Below the pieces are notes generated by a model that worked only from the letters and a program-made list of their open reading frames with translations, had not been told where the DNA came from and did not search any database. A stretch of DNA of 50,776 nt, from the NCBI GenBank assembly GCA_009780415.1, contig WRAC01000017.1:1-50776 (forward strand). Reading direction: 5' to 3'. Within the stretch, counting starts at the first letter, position 1; each line of letters starts with the position of its first letter. Shown here in pieces: positions 36,483-45,598 of this stretch. The DNA comes from Defluviitaleaceae bacterium. Lineage in GTDB: Bacteria; Bacillota; Clostridia; Lachnospirales; WRAX01. Both the position numbers and the translations under genes were made by a program.

Positions 36483-37459
36483 ATGTTATTACAACGCAAG
36501 GTTTATCCAAAATATATAAGCGATTTGAAAAAGAAGCCGGGTTAAAGGGTAGTGTAAAAAGCCTGTTTAACCGGAAATTCACAGAAAAACACGCGGTGTC
36601 AGCTTTCGACTTAAACATCGAAAAAGGCGAGTTTGTAGGCCTTATCGGGCCGAATGGAGCGGGGAAAACCACCCTTGTAAAAATGCTTACGGGTATTATC
36701 GCCCCTACATCAGGGGAGATATCGGTTCTGGGATATTATCCCAATAAGCTGGAAAACGCGTTCAAAAAGCAATACGCGGTGGTTATGGGGCAAAAGAGCC
36801 AGCTTTTCTTCGAGTTGACCCCAACCGACACCTTCCGCCTGTTTAAGGAATTATACGCCATACCGGATGACCTTTATAAGCGTAATGTCGGTTATTTTGT
36901 CGAATTATTCGGCGTATCCCAATTCCTTAATGTCCAGGTGCGGACTTTATCTCTGGGCGAACGCATGAAGATGGAATTAATCGTTGCCCTTCTTCACAGC
37001 CCCGGCGTTCTGTTCCTGGATGAACCCACCATCGGGCTTGACGCCGCGTCCCAAAGGCAAATGCGCCTGTTCCTAAAGGAGGTCAACCGTGAGAAAGGCA
37101 CCACTATTTTGTTGACATCGCATTATATGGAGGATGTGCGCAGTCTTTGCCCGCGGAGCATCGTTATCGGCGGCGGGGCAAAAATCTATGACGGTTCAAC
37201 GGATAACTTGTTTGACTCTTATCAGACCCGTAAAAAAATAACCCTCGCCTTTGATACGGAAACCGATTTTACGGTTCCGTACAACTGTGAGCTTATTGAT
37301 AAAAGCCCGTACAAGGTAGTATTTATGGCGCCTAAAGACGGCGATGCCCGTTTAATTTCAACACTGGCGCAGGAATATACGCCCATTGACATCTCCGCCG
37401 AAGAAGAGGATATCGGCGCGGTGGTGGAACGGATTTACGCGGGGGGGATGAACCGTTGA
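36479..37459 (+). CDS. ABC transporter ATP-binding protein (ABC-2 type) with C-terminal extension
   Basis: Walker A GLIGPNGAGKTT. Signature LSLGERMKM. Walker B LFLDEPTIGLD. An ~80-aa C-terminal domain follows. Confidence 0.85.
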   Translation: MNVITTQGLSKIYKRFEKEAGLKGSVKSLFNRKFTEKHAVSAFDLNIEKGEFVGLIGPNGAGKTTLVKMLTGIIAPTSGEISVLGYYPNKLENAFKKQYAVVMGQKSQLFFELTPTDTFRLFKELYAIPDDLYKRNVGYFVELFGVSQFLNVQVRTLSLGERMKMELIVALLHSPGVLFLDEPTIGLDAASQRQMRLFLKEVNREKGTTILLTSHYMEDVRSLCPRSIVIGGGAKIYDGSTDNLFDSYQTRKKITLAFDTETDFTVPYNCELIDKSPYKVVFMAPKDGDARLISTLAQEYTPIDISAEEEDIGAVVERIYAGGMNR

Positions 37460-38250
37460 AAAAATATATGGCGTTTTCCAAAATATTTTTCAAAGCGCAG
37501 ATTATATACCGTTTTGATGTAGCCGTAACGGCTATTGAGGCCCTTGGAAGGATACTTTTCGCATGGCTGATATGGGGGGCTGTTTTTGCCGGGCGTGACG
37601 TGGTTGGCGGTTTTACATTCCGTTCCATGCTGCTTTATTATGTTGTAAGCTCCTGTATCGCCACATTGGATATATGCTTCGGGGTAAGCAGCGAAATCAA
37701 CCACGAAGTCAGGAACGGTTTATATACAAAGTTCATGGTCATCCCAATCAACCAGCAGTTATACTGGCTGTCGAAAAATCTTGGCGTCGTCTCATATCTG
37801 GCGATGTTTGTGCTGCCCGTGGCGCTTATAAGCGGCTGGCTTTTCGGGGCTGGCGGTTATGCCGGCCAGCCCGCCGCCGCAATCCTTGGGCTGCTCATGA
37901 TTCCTTTGGGGCTGGCCTTTATGGTTACATTCCACTTTTTTATTGGGATACATGCGTTTAAGTTCCATGATGTGGGGTTTTTCATATATTTCCAGTCAGC
38001 TTTGGTACAGTTCACCCAAGGCGGAGTAATTCCAATTAACCTCCTGCCCGATACCGTATTAAACATCCTGCGCCTGCTTCCCTTTCCTCATGTTATTTAC
38101 ACGCCGTCGATGCTGCTTATCGGCGGAATGGATTTTAGGGAGGGTTTATTCTCAGCCGGGGTGCTGATTGTTTGGTTAGCAGGTATGTCGGCGGCGGCTC
38201 AATTCGCATACAAACGGCTGCGGATAAAATATGACGGGGTGGGTATATGA
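37456..38250 (+). CDS. ABC-2 family transporter permease
   Basis: 6 predicted TM helices, about 264 aa. TTG/ATG start overlaps the upstream stop. Confidence 0.7.
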   Translation: MKKYMAFSKIFFKAQIIYRFDVAVTAIEALGRILFAWLIWGAVFAGRDVVGGFTFRSMLLYYVVSSCIATLDICFGVSSEINHEVRNGLYTKFMVIPINQQLYWLSKNLGVVSYLAMFVLPVALISGWLFGAGGYAGQPAAAILGLLMIPLGLAFMVTFHFFIGIHAFKFHDVGFFIYFQSALVQFTQGGVIPINLLPDTVLNILRLLPFPHVIYTPSMLLIGGMDFREGLFSAGVLIVWLAGMSAAAQFAYKRLRIKYDGVGI

Positions 38251-39038
38251 AAAGGAATATTAGATTCATCTTACTGTTGATAAAATTAAAGCTCTCCCAT
38301 ATGATGGTGTTCCGGCTGAGTTTTTTTATCGGTTTTTTTGCGGACGGAATGTTGTTTGCCGTGCAATTACTGACCTTTCAGATTATATTCGGCCAAGTAG
38401 ATTCTATAGGGAACTGGGGTCAGGGCGAAATGTTAATATTTATCGGTACTTTCTCCATGATTAATGGTTTAAATATGTTCATTTATTTTTTCGGGGTTTC
38501 AAATATCCCCCGGCTTATCAGAACCGGGGGGCTCGACCTTTATATAACCAAACCGGTAAACCCATTGCTTCGCCTTACATTTGAAAACGTAAATCTGGGC
38601 AGCGCGCCGCTGCTTATTTTCAGCGGCGTGATCGTTGCATACGGGGTATCGGTGTTAGGGGCGGAGGTAACTGCGCCTCTGTTGACCGGGTATATCACGC
38701 TTACGCTGCTTATGACGCTGCTCTATTATGACATGGAAGTCATACTCCGTACCCTACCGTTCTTCTTCATCGGAACAAGCGCCATAGACCGCTTGGAAGG
38801 CGAGTTAATCATGTTGAATTTCAAAGTCCCGGGAGTGATTTATCAGGGCGTATTTAAAATCATTTTCTATTTCATCTTACCCTACGGCATAATGGCTACC
38901 GTGCCCACACAGGCACTTTCCCGTACATTAACCGCAGGCGGTTTGCTTCAAGCTTTAGCCGTTGTTGTTTTCTTCACGGTATTTGCCTTGTGGTTTTGGA
39001 AATTCGGGCTTAAACATTACAAAAGCGCCAGCAGTTAA
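38247..39038 (+). CDS. ABC-2 family transporter permease (second subunit)
   Basis: 6 predicted TM helices, 263 aa. ATGA overlap with the upstream gene. Confidence 0.7.
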   Translation: MKRNIRFILLLIKLKLSHMMVFRLSFFIGFFADGMLFAVQLLTFQIIFGQVDSIGNWGQGEMLIFIGTFSMINGLNMFIYFFGVSNIPRLIRTGGLDLYITKPVNPLLRLTFENVNLGSAPLLIFSGVIVAYGVSVLGAEVTAPLLTGYITLTLLMTLLYYDMEVILRTLPFFFIGTSAIDRLEGELIMLNFKVPGVIYQGVFKIIFYFILPYGIMATVPTQALSRTLTAGGLLQALAVVVFFTVFALWFWKFGLKHYKSASS

Positions 39039-39051
39039 CGTCGAAACGCTT

Positions 39052-40518
39052 TCACGCCGTAATACCTCTGTTCGCCCGCTCCGCCGCAACCTCCTCCGGG
39101 GTTTTGACGCGCCGGCGTACGGCGCCTTTATAACCATCGTTGGTTGGCAGCAGATTGCCTTCGGCAAAGCGCCCTTTCGCATCGGTTATGGCCTGCTTGT
39201 ATTGCGGCAGCCATTTCTCCCCGGCGATAAGCATCTCGTCAATCATCTGCCAAACCTCCGGGGGATTGCAAACCGCCCCGGTCAGCGGATCCATTAACGC
39301 GGCTTGTTTAAGGAGGTTCGCGTCGCCGGAAACAGCCGCCTCCACAGCCAGTTTCTGCACCCAGACGGACTGGGAGCAAACCGCCGCGCAGGGAAGGGGC
39401 AAATTACCCACTTTGGGGGCCGCTACGCCGTTACCGTCCACATAGCAGGGGACCTCAACCACGCACTCGTCCGGCAGGTTTGTTATACAGCCCTCGTTCA
39501 TTACGTTAAAATGCCCGCGATAGACGCGCCCGGTTTCCAGCCCTTCCATAATATAGGAGCAATGTTCGCCGCCGCGCTGGCTGCCGTCGTATATTTTCGG
39601 CGGTTCTTGCAGAATTTTAGGATACTCTGTCTCAAACCAATCCCGTTCTTCACGCGTCACGCGGAGGTAACCGCCCGTTTCACCGTGGATCCAGCTGTTC
39701 AGGTTTATCCACCGGGAGATTTCGTCCGGGCGTTTGCGGTACCAGGCCACATATTCGGAGAGATGCCCGTTGGATTCGGTGGAATAATAACCGAATCTCC
39801 GTAGCATATCAATGCGCACTTTTTCCTCCTGGCTGAAAACAGGGTGGCGTTCAAAGGCTTCCAAGAGTTTATCAAGCTGTTCCATGCCCTTGTGCTTTAC
39901 CGATATATACCAGGTTTGGTGGTTTATTCCGGCGCAGATAAAATCCAGTTCGTTATGGGGAATGCCCAGCGCTTCGGCAATTTGGCGCTCCCCGTGAATT
40001 TCACCGTGGCAAAGCCCTATCGTGCGTACGCCGCCGTATTTATTACATGCCCAGGTTGCCATCGCGTTGGGGTTTGAATAGTTCAGCATAATGGCCCCCG
40101 GTTCCGCAACCTCACGGATGTCCTTGCAAAAATCAAGCATTGACGCGATTACGCGCTGTCCGTACATAATGCCGCCAGTGCAGAGGGTATCGCCCACGCA
40201 TTGGTCAATACCGTATTTAAGCGGTATTTCAATATCCGTTTCAAACCCCTCAAGCCCGCCAACACGCACCAAATTAACAATATAACGAGCGCCACGGAAC
40301 GCTTCCCTGCGATCTGCGGTGGATTGGATTCTTGTCCTTATTCCGTTTGCCTCAAGGTCTCGCTGGCATAAACCCGTCACTTTCTCAAGGTTACCCCCGT
40401 TAATATCCGTAAACGCGATCTCAATATCACGAAATTCAGGCACGGACATGATATCCGTAAACAGGTTGCGCGTAAATACAAGGCTTCCCGCGCCTATTAC
40501 CGCTATCTTAAAACTCAT
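39052..40518 (-). CDS. Glycoside hydrolase family 4 (NAD+/Mn2+-dependent; alpha-galacturonidase/alpha-glucosidase-like)
   Basis: The N-terminal Rossmann region reads MSFKIAVIGAGSLVFTRN. The GH4 region reads NYSNPNAMATWAC...GLCHG. An AAGGAG RBS precedes ATG 40518. The track's TTG extension to 40554 is rejected. Confidence 0.8.
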   Translation of the reverse strand: MSFKIAVIGAGSLVFTRNLFTDIMSVPEFRDIEIAFTDINGGNLEKVTGLCQRDLEANGIRTRIQSTADRREAFRGARYIVNLVRVGGLEGFETDIEIPLKYGIDQCVGDTLCTGGIMYGQRVIASMLDFCKDIREVAEPGAIMLNYSNPNAMATWACNKYGGVRTIGLCHGEIHGERQIAEALGIPHNELDFICAGINHQTWYISVKHKGMEQLDKLLEAFERHPVFSQEEKVRIDMLRRFGYYSTESNGHLSEYVAWYRKRPDEISRWINLNSWIHGETGGYLRVTREERDWFETEYPKILQEPPKIYDGSQRGGEHCSYIMEGLETGRVYRGHFNVMNEGCITNLPDECVVEVPCYVDGNGVAAPKVGNLPLPCAAVCSQSVWVQKLAVEAAVSGDANLLKQAALMDPLTGAVCNPPEVWQMIDEMLIAGEKWLPQYKQAITDAKGRFAEGNLLPTNDGYKGAVRRRVKTPEEVAAERANRGITA

Positions 40519-40532
40519 TCCGACAGCTCCTT

Positions 40533-41855
40533 TTACTTGTACTTGGGCATCCAACCCCCGTGCGCGTCAATCAGCTCATCCACCATAGAGCGGATATCGT
40601 CGAGAGAAAGCTCCGCGGCGGTAAGGGGATCCAGCATCGCGGCATGGTAGATATGCTCTTTTTTCAAGGTTACCGCCGCTTCAATCGTTATCAGGTGCAC
40701 GTTAACATGCGTCATGTTCATAGCGGCAAGCTGCACAGGGAGTTTGCCCGCGTAACAGGGGTTTATGCCATAATTGTCCACCATGCAGGGCACTTCGACG
40801 CAAGCCTCGCGCGGCAGGTTTTCGACTAGCCCGCCATGGTTCAGCACATTGCCGCCGATCTTGTACGGAATGCCCGTAATAAGAGCTTCCATGATATAAG
40901 ACGCGTATTCCATGGAGCGTTTGTGCTCCAGCGTGTCCTTCCTTGTCAGGCCCTCGTATTCCTTTGCCCATCCGGCGGCCTGGTGTATGCAGCGGCGGGG
41001 ATATTCGTCCAGCGGGATGTTAAACTTTTCGATAAGCTCCGGATAACGGGATTTTATGTAATACGGGTTGTACTCGGCGTTATGCTCGCTGGACTCCGTA
41101 CAGTAGTAGCCCAGTTTTTCTATATAATCGTAACGCACCATATCCCAGTGTTTTTCGCCGGCGTTTTTGGCGGCGGCGCGCTTTCTTATCTCGGGGTACA
41201 AGTCGCTGCCGTTCTTGTCCCTAATCTCAAGCAGCCAGCCCATGTGGTTTATCCCGGCTATCAGCTCCTTGCGGCCTTCCAGCTTATCATGCATTTCCAG
41301 AAATTCAAGCAAATGCTTCGAACAGCATTGAACGCTGTGGCACAAACCGATGGTTTTAACACCGGTATACCGCTGCATAAAGCCGGTGAGTATGGACATG
41401 GGGTTTGTATAATTCAAAAACCAAGCGTTGGGACAGACCTCCTCCATATCCCGCGCGAAATCCGCCAGTACGGGGATGGTACGCAGCCCGCGCATTATGC
41501 CGCCAATGCCCAATGTATCCGCGATGGTTTGGCGCAGGCCATATTTCTTGGGGATTTCAAAATCGGTGATTGTGCATGGGTCGTACAGACCGACTTGGAT
41601 GGCGTTCACCACGAAATCCGCGCCGCGTAAGGCGTCCTTGCGTTTTTCCACGCCCAGATAGGTTTTAATGGATGCCTTCCCGCCCAAACCCTTATTTATG
41701 GCGGATAGAATCGTTTCGCTCTCTTTCAGGCGCTGAGCGTCTATGTCATAAAGGGCGATTTCGCTCTCCGCCAGCACAGGCGAACACATGCAGTCGCCAA
41801 TAACATTGCGGACGAATATCGTGCTGCCCGCACCCAAAAAAGTAATTTTTGCCAT
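40533..41855 (-). CDS. Glycoside hydrolase family 4 (second paralog)
   Basis: Reads MAKITFLGAGSTIFVRN...NYTNPMSILTGF...GLCHS. 440 aa. Confidence 0.8.
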   Translation of the reverse strand: MAKITFLGAGSTIFVRNVIGDCMCSPVLAESEIALYDIDAQRLKESETILSAINKGLGGKASIKTYLGVEKRKDALRGADFVVNAIQVGLYDPCTITDFEIPKKYGLRQTIADTLGIGGIMRGLRTIPVLADFARDMEEVCPNAWFLNYTNPMSILTGFMQRYTGVKTIGLCHSVQCCSKHLLEFLEMHDKLEGRKELIAGINHMGWLLEIRDKNGSDLYPEIRKRAAAKNAGEKHWDMVRYDYIEKLGYYCTESSEHNAEYNPYYIKSRYPELIEKFNIPLDEYPRRCIHQAAGWAKEYEGLTRKDTLEHKRSMEYASYIMEALITGIPYKIGGNVLNHGGLVENLPREACVEVPCMVDNYGINPCYAGKLPVQLAAMNMTHVNVHLITIEAAVTLKKEHIYHAAMLDPLTAAELSLDDIRSMVDELIDAHGGWMPKYK

Positions 41856-41882
41856 TTCTGATCATCCTTTATTATTTTTATA

Positions 41883-42770
41883 TTAACCCTTAACACTTCC
41901 TAAAACCAAGCCTTTCGCGAAATGCTTCTGTAAAAACGGATATGCGACAAGGGTAGGTATCAAGCTCAAGAACAACTGGGCCGCCCGCCCCGTCTGTTCG
42001 TTCATCCGCATCAGCAATCTGTGGTAGTCTGAGCCGGACATCCTTAAAAGATCCCTGAAATTGATCAGCAGGGTTTGCAGGTATGTTTGCAGCGGGTAAT
42101 TCACGGGGTCGTTCATGAACAATGCGCCCGTAAACCAGTCGTTCCAGTGAAACACGAAGGAGAACAACCCCACCGTAGCCAGGGCGGGTTTTAACACCGG
42201 CAGGTATATGGATACAAGTATCCTGAAATGCCCCGCGCCGTCCATCATTGCGGCTTCCTCCATCTCGGCGGGAAGGTTCCGCATGAAGTTCATCAGAATT
42301 ATCAGCGAGTAAACCGGCACCGAAAGCGGCAGCACCAAACTCCATATACTGTCAAGCAGCCCAAGCTGCAATATCAGGATATAGTAAGGGATCAATCCGC
42401 CGCCGAACAGCATGGTGAAAACATAAAATCCCATGAAGAAATGCCTGGCGGCGAAGCGCTGCCTGCTTTTTGACAGCGGATACGCCGTGGTGACAAGCAT
42501 AAACATATTTATACTGACCCCTAAAAGACACCTTTGGAGGGTGACAAAAAAGGCCTGCAGAAACCTGCCGTTTTCGATGGCGAATTCGTAAGACATAGTG
42601 GTGAAATCCCTGGGCCAGAAGGCCACTTTTCCCGTAGCGACCTGTGCCGGAGAGCTGAGGGATATGGCAAGGGTATTAATGACGGGAAGAATGCATATTA
42701 AACAAACGGCAATACAGATTATGTAGTTGAAAACCCGGAAGAGCTTTTGCCCTTGTGTCATCTTGTCCAT
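41883..42770 (-). CDS. Carbohydrate ABC transporter permease (LplC/MalG-like)
   Basis: An EAA loop reads EEAAMMDGAGHFRILVSIYLPVLKPA. 6 TM helices. Confidence 0.8.
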   Translation of the reverse strand: MDKMTQGQKLFRVFNYIICIAVCLICILPVINTLAISLSSPAQVATGKVAFWPRDFTTMSYEFAIENGRFLQAFFVTLQRCLLGVSINMFMLVTTAYPLSKSRQRFAARHFFMGFYVFTMLFGGGLIPYYILILQLGLLDSIWSLVLPLSVPVYSLIILMNFMRNLPAEMEEAAMMDGAGHFRILVSIYLPVLKPALATVGLFSFVFHWNDWFTGALFMNDPVNYPLQTYLQTLLINFRDLLRMSGSDYHRLLMRMNEQTGRAAQLFLSLIPTLVAYPFLQKHFAKGLVLGSVKG

Positions 42771-42782
42771 ATGCCGCCCTCC

Positions 42783-43688
42783 TTAAAATACTTTATAGTC
42801 AGCAACTTTATAAGCGACAAGCAAAGACAGTGAAATCAAAACCAGGGATACCACCGATTTGAACATACCCACCGCGGTGCCTATGGCAAACCTTCCGTTT
42901 TGTAAGCCCAGCCTGTACACGAAGGTATCGATAATATCACCCGTTGAGTAAACAGCCGGCGAATACAGGTTGTAAATCTGGTCAAAACCCGCGTTCAATA
43001 CCGTTCCAAGGGCAAGCACCGTCATAAGCATAATAATCGGCCCCATCATAGGCAGTGTGATGGAAATTGTCTGCCTGAACCGGCCCGCGCCGTCTATCAC
43101 GGCCGATTCGTACAGCCCGGGGTCTATTGAGGTTATAGCGGCCAGATAAACAACAGTTCCAAACCCAAAGGTTTTCCACACATCCGTCCAAACCATCGTC
43201 CACGGGAAAACGCTGGAATTTGATAGAAATTGAATGGGTCCGATGCCGAAGAAACCCAGAAAATTGTTGACAATGCCGTCCGAAGCAAGGATTCCGTATA
43301 AGATGCCCGCCATGATAACCCACGATATGAAGTTGGGTATATAAACAATTGTTTGGAATATTCGTTTTATAATGGTGTTTCTTATCTCATTTAACATCAA
43401 CGCGAATATTACAGACGCCGAAACGCCGAAAATAATCTTAAATATAGAGATATAGAAGGTATTATAAACAGACCTCACAAATTGGGGCTGCGAAAAAATA
43501 AACCGGAAATTTTCAAACCCTATCCATGGAGACCTGCCAAAACCCAGCCCCGGGTTATAATCCTGGAAAGCCATCACCAGCCCGTATATAGGCATATACG
43601 AAAAAATAAACGTCAATACGACGCCTGGGAGCAGCAAAACCAAATATGGCCAGTCTTTTTTCAACCTTTTTACCATACTCAACCCCAC
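42783..43688 (-). CDS. Carbohydrate ABC transporter permease (LplB/MalF-like)
   Basis: Reads ESAVIDGAGRFRQTISITLPMMGP. 6 TM helices. Confidence 0.8.
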   Translation of the reverse strand: MGLSMVKRLKKDWPYLVLLLPGVVLTFIFSYMPIYGLVMAFQDYNPGLGFGRSPWIGFENFRFIFSQPQFVRSVYNTFYISIFKIIFGVSASVIFALMLNEIRNTIIKRIFQTIVYIPNFISWVIMAGILYGILASDGIVNNFLGFFGIGPIQFLSNSSVFPWTMVWTDVWKTFGFGTVVYLAAITSIDPGLYESAVIDGAGRFRQTISITLPMMGPIIMLMTVLALGTVLNAGFDQIYNLYSPAVYSTGDIIDTFVYRLGLQNGRFAIGTAVGMFKSVVSLVLISLSLLVAYKVADYKVF

Positions 43689-43744
43689 CTTATAAATAAA
43701 CCCAGGGGTACCGATAAATCAGTACCCCTAAGGCATTGTCCTGC

Positions 43745-45403
43745 TTAATTACCGTATTCCGCATTTACGGAGTCTTCCAAAATCTGTCCGCCGTTAGCAT
43801 ACCATTCGGCAAGGACGGTGTCAAAGAATTCCACGGGTTGGCTGCCCAGTATGATTTCCATTACACCCATCGCGATAATATCGCCGGTGTTGGCCGTCTG
43901 GTGGAAATCCAACGGAGGCGGGCCCCACATTGAGGTGCGGATGAGGAAGTTATTATCTACAAGGAACTTATTATGGTAGTAAGAACAGCCCTCGTGGCGG
44001 CCCTGTTGCAAGTACGCGCCCAATCCTGCGGGGTTACGGTTTTCGATCCAGTCAAGGGAGTCGCCGTGCTTTTTCTGCATCCCGGAGGTGAAGAGCTGGC
44101 TGGTATCGCCTGTGTGCAGCGCGTGGCTCACATTCTGGTACTGAAGCATATCGGCCATCGGGTCGATGATGCCGAAGGGACCGCAAGCGTGCTCGCGCTG
44201 CCCGTCCGTGAACCCGCGGAATTGTTCCTCGGTCAGAACGGTATTGGGGTCAAACATTATGTAGTCGGTATAACTGAGGAGTTTCATGGCGGCGGCAGGG
44301 TTCTGCGCGTCTTTGTTAACTACCGTGATGTAAACGTTGGGGAATACTACCTGGCCCAAAACCTGCGACCCGTCAACCGTGGGAAACGGGAGCGGAATCA
44401 TGTAAGCGTCTTCGTTATGCACGGCTACAAGGTTGGGGCCGTTCATCCAGCCATGCCACTGCCAGAAGGGCTGAATGCCGGTTCTGCCGTTTACGACGTC
44501 CTCATGCATTCTGTTGTTGTCTATACTGGCGAAGTCGGGGCTTATAATGCCTTCCTGATACCATTTGGCCCAATATTCAAGGGCTGTCCTGAATTCGGGA
44601 TGGGTTACGCCGGCCTTTATACGTCCGGTTTCGTCAGGATACCAGAAATACTCGCTTAGCTGGGGGTTTCCAAGATATACGCCAAACATCGGGCCCGTAA
44701 AGAACAGGAACTCGAGGGTATTGCATGTAGCCATACCATAACCGCCGTATTCGGCCATAAAGCCTTTGGCAAGCTCCTCAAACTGAGCCACTGTATTCAT
44801 CTCGGGGGAACCGGCCGCTTCATACCAGTCTTTTCTGACCCAAATCAATCTGGGAGCGTCGATAACGCCGTAATAATACTGCGGTACGCCGTAAATCCTG
44901 CCGTCCCTGCTTACGGTTTTAATAGTATCGGGATCGGTCAGTTCATAATCCCGTATGCGTTGTGAGAGGTTATTTTCGTAATATTCCGTGATATCCATCA
45001 ACAGGTCCGCTTCCATGAGCTGCAGGAATTGAAGATAGTTAACACGGAAAACGTCAGGCAACGTGCCGGAAGCAATGGCCATGTTCAATCTGGTGATATA
45101 CTCCGCGTCGCCTGTTGTAAGCCAATCCCACGTAACTTCAATGTTCAGGTCCTCTTTCCACGCCCTTGTCCAAGGCTGGTTATGCATGGAGTCACCGGTT
45201 TCAAAAACCCAGTCATTTCCCATATTCGCCACGGATGTGACGTGTACGGTGGTTTCATACGGAACATTCCAATCGCCCGCAGGCACCGGAACGAAATCAC
45301 GCGTGCCGGTCACCTCGGGTGCCGCACCGTCGGTTGCGCATGCCGCGAAAAGCATCATCGCCGCAATAAGGAGCGCAACGAACCGTTTGAAACTTTTGCT
45401 CAT
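43745..45403 (-). CDS. Extracellular solute-binding lipoprotein, large LplA-type (family-1 SBP)
   Basis: RBS GGAGG 7 nt before ATG 45403. Signal peptide with lipobox LFAAC. About 552 aa, typical of LplA-like oligosaccharide SBPs. Confidence 0.8.
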   Translation of the reverse strand: MSKSFKRFVALLIAAMMLFAACATDGAAPEVTGTRDFVPVPAGDWNVPYETTVHVTSVANMGNDWVFETGDSMHNQPWTRAWKEDLNIEVTWDWLTTGDAEYITRLNMAIASGTLPDVFRVNYLQFLQLMEADLLMDITEYYENNLSQRIRDYELTDPDTIKTVSRDGRIYGVPQYYYGVIDAPRLIWVRKDWYEAAGSPEMNTVAQFEELAKGFMAEYGGYGMATCNTLEFLFFTGPMFGVYLGNPQLSEYFWYPDETGRIKAGVTHPEFRTALEYWAKWYQEGIISPDFASIDNNRMHEDVVNGRTGIQPFWQWHGWMNGPNLVAVHNEDAYMIPLPFPTVDGSQVLGQVVFPNVYITVVNKDAQNPAAAMKLLSYTDYIMFDPNTVLTEEQFRGFTDGQREHACGPFGIIDPMADMLQYQNVSHALHTGDTSQLFTSGMQKKHGDSLDWIENRNPAGLGAYLQQGRHEGCSYYHNKFLVDNNFLIRTSMWGPPPLDFHQTANTGDIIAMGVMEIILGSQPVEFFDTVLAEWYANGGQILEDSVNAEYGN

Positions 45404-45456
45404 AAAATACCTCCATTCAACATTTTTTTGTTGCATATTTTTCATTATACACTAAA

Positions 45457-45488
45457 TTATACCATACAGCAATAGCTTTTTCGCTCAA
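45457..45488 (-). promoter_or_regulatory. Sigma-A promoter for the lpl-like operon (TTGAGC-17-TGgTATAAT on minus strand)
   Basis: Reverse complement of 45457-45488 gives TTGAGC, a 17-nt spacer, then the extended -10 TGGTATAAT. A second TATAAT lies at 45444-45449. Confidence 0.5.
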
Positions 45489-45543
45489 AAACGTACGGTT
45501 TATTTTTGTGTGTTTTTGTGCTTTATGTACTTAAATAAAAAAA

Positions 45544-45570
45544 CAGCCGGAATCCGAAGGCTGTTTTTTT
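45544..45570. terminator. Bidirectional rho-independent terminator (ACAGCC...GGCTGT flanked by A7 / T7)
   Basis: AAAAAAACAGCCGGAATCCGAAGGCTGTTTTTTT, downstream of the flotillin gene. Confidence 0.6.
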
Positions 45571-45598
45571 GATTACATAAATACATTTGCCGTACTGT

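Noticed and set aside
40560-41661. Plus-strand ORFs 40560-40829, 40836-41630 and 41428-41661
   Set aside because: They are antisense to the well-conserved GH4 gene and have no RBS.
43973-44659. Plus-strand ORF 43973-44659 (228 aa)
   Set aside because: It is antisense to the LplA-like SBP gene, and its translation is featureless.
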